DNA of 11,911 bases from Octopus sinensis (Eukaryota): positions 1 to 11,911 of the forward strand of contig NW_021826776.1 of assembly GCF_006345805.1 (NCBI RefSeq). Direction: 5' to 3'. The notes beneath the pieces are model-generated. The model saw nothing but the letters and a program-made list of their open reading frames with translations, was not told the DNA's origin and ran no database searches. The position numbers and the translations under genes are program-made. Below, in pieces: positions 8,030 through 11,911 of this stretch (within the stretch, counting starts at the first letter, position 1; the number at the start of each line of letters is the position of its first letter).

Positions 8030-8565
8030 GAAGATAGCGATGTTTTTCTTCTCGGCTCTTCTAATCTGATGTTTCACTTCCTTTAATGTACTTTCTCTCT
8101 AATGTTATTTATCAATTCTATTCTAATAACTCTTGAGAGAGAAACTCACCACCGGTTGTTCTGTCAACCTCTGCTTAAGTACTTCACTATTTCAGTTGTT
8201 GGGTTTCTGCCCCGAAGACGACATGTTCATTTGTCAGTAACTATTTGGGTTGACAAAGCAGATCACAAAGTCTAAACTGTGGGCAAACTAGTTTATATCT
8301 ATTTTTTGGTCTTACAAATACTCAGTCTAGATAGAATATGGTTTTAATCTTGTGAAGCCTTTACCTTTTTCGAAAATTGTAGTCTCCTCTTGTGATGGCT
8401 TGGTTGGGGTTTTCGATTTTTGCTTCTGTTGTTTTTTTCTTCCGTTGCTGTTGAATTTTAAGTGGTGTTTGTAGCATGGTTGGTGGAAGCACTCTTACCT
8501 GAAGGTAAAAAGTGGTTTGTACTGCCGCATATATAACACCTGGCTCTCTGATATCCAGCACAGTA
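8030..8565 (-). mobile_element. Possible heavily decayed fragment of the pre-RT region of an RLE-type (R4/Dong/NeSL-like) LINE
   Basis: The minus strand is A-rich. Short peptides LDIREPGVIYAA and LKEVKHQIRRAEKK resemble recalled DITDLNEILYA and AQRIRRYEKR motifs in the expected order, but there are many stops between them. Confidence 0.3.
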
Positions 8566-8817
8566 CTCTCTTTTAGGCATTTGTTTTGTTAAATTTTTGT
8601 ACGTATGATGCTTTTTATCTTGGCAGAATTAAGGCGATTTTGTTTCCTGACACCTATAAGAAGTCGAACAAATTTGGAACAACATTTGTAGACGAATTAT
8701 CCAAATTCTAAATGGTGTCATGTGAAAAGGAGACGCAGCAAGGAGGAATAAGAAGAGAAAAGGTAGAAAAACTACTCATCGATATTACAAACATGAGCTT
8801 CCGTCTTCTGGTTAAAT

Positions 8818-8917
8818 ATTGATTTTAAATTTTAGCACAAGGCCAGCATTTTCAAGGGAGGTGCTAAGTCGATTACATGGCCCCCAGTACTCAACTGGTA
8901 TTTATTTTATTGACCTC
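8818..8917 (-). mobile_element. 5'-truncated Nin/Deu-domain SINE (3' half)
   Basis: The minus strand reads GAGGTCAATAAAATAAATACCAGTTGAGTACTGGGGGCCATGTAATCGACTT...GCTGGCCTTGTGCTAAAATTT, matching the recalled Deu/Nin-type GGTCGATAAAATAAGTACCAG motif and an octopus SINE 3' end. Confidence 0.8.
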
Positions 8918-8999
8918 AGTACTCAACAAACAAAATTTGGTTCTAAACGTACGAAGCGGTAAAAATATATGATTCAGTTTTAATAACTAAAATAACCAA

Positions 9000-9465
9000 A
9001 GTGGAACCTGAATAAACTTAGAAAAAAGCAAAGGTAGGTTGATTATTACAAGGTGTATAAAAAATCACTCAAACAATTTTCTCTGAAAAAAGATGAAAAG
9101 AATAACAGACAAAAGTGAGAAATAAGCACCGAAGAAAAGTTTGGATGTAGGAACAGTAAAAATAAAAGACAATTAAAATTAAAAAGAAAATGAAAAATGT
9201 GTAGTTTAAAATATAATAATGACTACAGAGAAGTAGAAAGGAAACCAATCAATACAAAAGCTAAAAATTCTGGAATAAAGGCAGAAACGGAAGGACTAAG
9301 TTTTAACTGCACAAAATCAATGTTTAGCTACCAAAATCTATCAAAATGAAATGAAAGAGCAAAAGAATTTACATCGACTGCAGACTGTGGAATCGATAGA
9401 AAGAAACAATCGAATACATGATTTCTGGCGGACCGTCCTTGCAAAGACAATTTCTAACTAACTGG
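9000..9465 (+). mobile_element. Decayed non-LTR retrotransposon fragment (RLE-type, R4/Dong/NeSL-like), post-RT region with CCHC zinc knuckle
   Basis: Three frames joined by frameshifts: SGIKAETEGL (from 9269), VLTAQNQCLATKIYQ (from 9300), and CRLWNR*KETIEYMISGGPSL (from 9379). These match the conserved L-ETEG----AQDQ-L-T--Y...CR-C---ETI-HI-SGC--LA pattern. The left boundary is approximate. Confidence 0.8.
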
Positions 9466-9489
9466 ACCGGTTAAGCATACACGTGCATG

Positions 9490-9800
<311 letters not shown>

Positions 9801-10142
9801 TTTATATCGACTTCAAGTTTCACACTGCAAAATGGTGCAACTCTAATATATTGAACCTTTTGGCCTAATCTCGGGGCCCTGTTCTTCCCCTCCCCTCATC
9901 CCTTCTTTTATTTTAAGCATTTGTATTCACTCTGATGAAGCCCCATGTACTAGATCGAGTGTTGCTATAAAGATGACGAATATTATTTTCGGAATTTTCT
10001 TTGTAAGCATCGACTGATATTGGCAGCCAAAACGGCCGTAAGAAATGTTGCGTCATGTTTTGTATTTAAAATATAATTAACCGATGTTGGTCTGTTTGTT
10101 TGATGATCAAAAGTTTTCTCCAATTTCTGCTTACTTAAATTA

Positions 10143-10143
10143 T

Positions 10144-10184
<41 letters not shown>
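10143..10184. repeat. (CA)n(TA)n microsatellite
   Basis: Read directly. Confidence 0.95.
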
Positions 10185-10329
10185 CTAACAATGCACCCCG
10201 GCGTTGCGCAGGGTGTTATGACCTACAGCCACATTGTATTATTTGTTCCTTTCTTATGGTCAGTATCAGCACACGAGGTGTATGAAGCAAACAGCTCTTC
10301 TTTATAAACATGTTTTTCTGTCATTTTCT

Positions 10330-10493
10330 GATGAACAACTCTGCAGTTTCCGTCTACCAAATTCATTCACAAGTCTGTGGTTGGCCTAGGGCTATAGTAG
10401 AAAACATTTGCCCAAGGTACCATGCAGAGGGACTGAACGTGGAATCATGTGGTTGGGAAGCCAATTTCTCAGTCATATATTCATTCTTGCACT
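10330..10493 (-). mobile_element. tRNA-derived SINE 5' half (head)
   Basis: The minus strand contains CTTCCCAACCACATGATTCCACGTTCAGTCCC...CCTTGGGCAAATGTTTTCTACTATAGCCC...TTTGGTAGACGGAAACTG, with a degenerate B box and the CCTTGGGCAAG-type motif of a recalled octopus SINE head. Confidence 0.8.
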
Positions 10494-10495
10494 TA

Positions 10496-10700
10496 ATATG
10501 TATGTGTGTGTGTGCGTGTGTGTGTATGCTTACATTCGTCGTTAAATCGAGTATTGTGTCCCACTGTGTCTCAAAATTAGCAGTTCATCAAATAGGAATC
10601 TATAAAATAAATGCCAAATTGAAATACGCACTGAGGTCAGTATGATGAATTAAATTTTTGAAGGCGACAGTCGAAAGACTAAACCCAGTAAAATAATATT
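10496..10700 (+). mobile_element. (TG)n spacer plus degraded 3' half of apparently the same SINE family, in the opposite orientation to the head
   Basis: TTAGCAGTTC...ATAAAATAAATGCCA...CACTGAGGTC...AAGGCG...GACTAAACCCAGTAAAA follows the recalled consensus TTAGCGGTTC...ATAGAATAAGTACCA...ACTGGGGTC...AAGGCGG...GACTGAAACAAGTAAAA. Confidence 0.55.
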
Positions 10701-11389
10701 TAAAGACTTAATGGCTTCAAATTTAAGGCAATGGATTACTAACCACAAGATAATGAGTTGAAAACTTCGTATTGAACTTCCATCCTTTACGATAACACTA
10801 TATGTACATCTCAGTGTACTTGACTTCCAGCAATTAACAATTGTAATTTGAAGTTGAATGGTTAGCAGTAAGAAAGCTGTCCAGGTTTCTTAAATTATTA
10901 TTGTGCAAAATATTCTAGAGGTAACCCTGTGCTAAACAAAACACAGATAAACATATTTCCCATTGAAAGGTTATCTAAGAAATAATATTAATAAAGTTGA
11001 TGGTATATCTCCGATATTTCCTTTATTGGTAAAACTCCACGTATTTTAAACATTTTCTCATTATGCTCTAAGACACAAAGATTGTTCTGGCAGAGTTGCC
11101 TCCCTTAGCTAAAATTGTGCGACCTGACCTCGTTTTCGAGGTTATTTTTGTAGTAAAAAAGAGTTATTATGCCAAAAAAAAAAACCAAAAAAAACTCATA
11201 TTTCATTTGGTAGCGAAAAGATTACTGAATCTTTTGATAACTCATACGTCAAAATCGGCAACTCAGTTTTCGAATCCATAAGGAACATACCGACACACAC
11301 ACAAATTCTGTTTTATATATAGAGATATAACCGGCATTTTACTTCTAACAGAGTAATGTGGACTAACTATATATATCATACTATTATAG

Positions 11390-11527
11390 TATGTGTGTGT
11401 GTGTGTGTGTATGCGTGCGTGTGAGTGTATGTGTTGTGTGTGTGTGCACGTATGTATGTGTGTGTGTGCGTGTGAGTGTATGTGTGCGTGTGCGTGTGCA
11501 CGTATGTATGTGTGTGTGTGTATGTAC
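11390..11527. repeat. Imperfect (TG)n microsatellite
   Basis: Read directly. It explains ORFs 11263..11529 and 11393..11587. Confidence 0.96.
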
Positions 11528-11792
11528 ACAGTGAGAGATAGAGCGGAAAATGCACAGAGTGTTTTTATGAATATGGATTTAAAGTAAAAAAAAACGAAAT
11601 GGAAATAGTCTTAATGTTGAAAAGGAGGTGAAAATATTTTTCACAGTAAAGAGTGGTGAGTGAATATACTTATATTTTGGTCGTTCAATAAAAAGAAAGT
11701 ATTCCTTTTATTTCAAGAGATTGTTGCAAGTTTTAACATTAGCAGAGAGAAAATTCCACAAAGGCGAAAATATTTCATTCTTCATATTAAAG

Positions 11793-11835
11793 ATTATCAC
11801 GTTCTTTATGATATGCGCAAATCTCCATCTCAAAG
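11793..11835 (+). CDS. Candidate 43-nt internal exon (x-YHVLYDMRKSPSQ-x in phase 1)
   Basis: Pyrimidine-rich tract with a weaker AAG| acceptor and a strong donor AAG|GTATGT. The phase-1 reading is compatible with the upstream candidates. Confidence 0.25.
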
Positions 11836-11911
11836 GTATGTTTTCATAAAAAACAACCATATTTTCTACGAACTGGTTTTCGCTTGCCAGGATATTAATG
11901 AATATTCTGAA

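Larger units (their letters stand above)
10185..11325 (-). mobile_element. Probable non-autonomous Helitron (1141 bp) with nested SINE pieces
   Basis: The minus strand starts A|TCTCTATATATAAAA followed by a subterminal (TG)n, and ends with a GC-rich hairpin (10194-10215) then TTAG|T. That gives an A|T insertion site, no TSD and a one-base variant of the CTRR end. Whether both ends belong to one copy is not proven. Confidence 0.6.

Noticed and set aside
9931-9945. CTGATGAAGCC hammerhead core half
   Set aside because: No complementary stem II partner or GAAA follows; the motif is incomplete.
11836-11911. 55-nt intron followed by an exon starting at 11891
   Set aside because: The intron is very short, and the most natural reading (DINEYSE) is out of phase with the preceding candidate exon.

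Overview
AT-rich eukaryotic, largely non-coding DNA. It is most likely octopus or another coleoid cephalopod: this is inferred from very dense compound microsatellites (roughly 15% of the window by my approximate tally) and from SINE/LINE families matching octopus repeats as I remember them, not from a database search. There is no complete gene, tRNA, rRNA or CRISPR array. Most entries in the ORF track are artefacts of microsatellites or SINEs. Recognisable mobile DNA: a Penelope-like GIY-YIG 3' relic (1-215), a well-preserved tRNA-derived SINE (5833-6140, minus), a Nin/Deu-domain SINE fragment (8818-8917), a decayed restriction-like-endonuclease (RLE) type LINE fragment with a CCHC knuckle (about 9000-9465), a probable non-autonomous Helitron (10185-11325) carrying a SINE whose head is inverted relative to its tail, and two copies of an unclassified repeat with a hammerhead-like relic. 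The most striking structure lies at 1975-2861 between two (TA)n tracts: two interleaved inverted duplications in the order A-U-B-A'-B'. That is pseudoknot topology, with a 146-bp perfect arm and a circularly permuted junction. It may be a real template-switch rearrangement or an assembly chimera. A chain of tiny, phase-compatible candidate exons on the plus strand (6467-6495, 7586-7603, 11793-11835) suggests the window may be intronic, but support is weak. I cannot claim a new biological system from this sequence alone.
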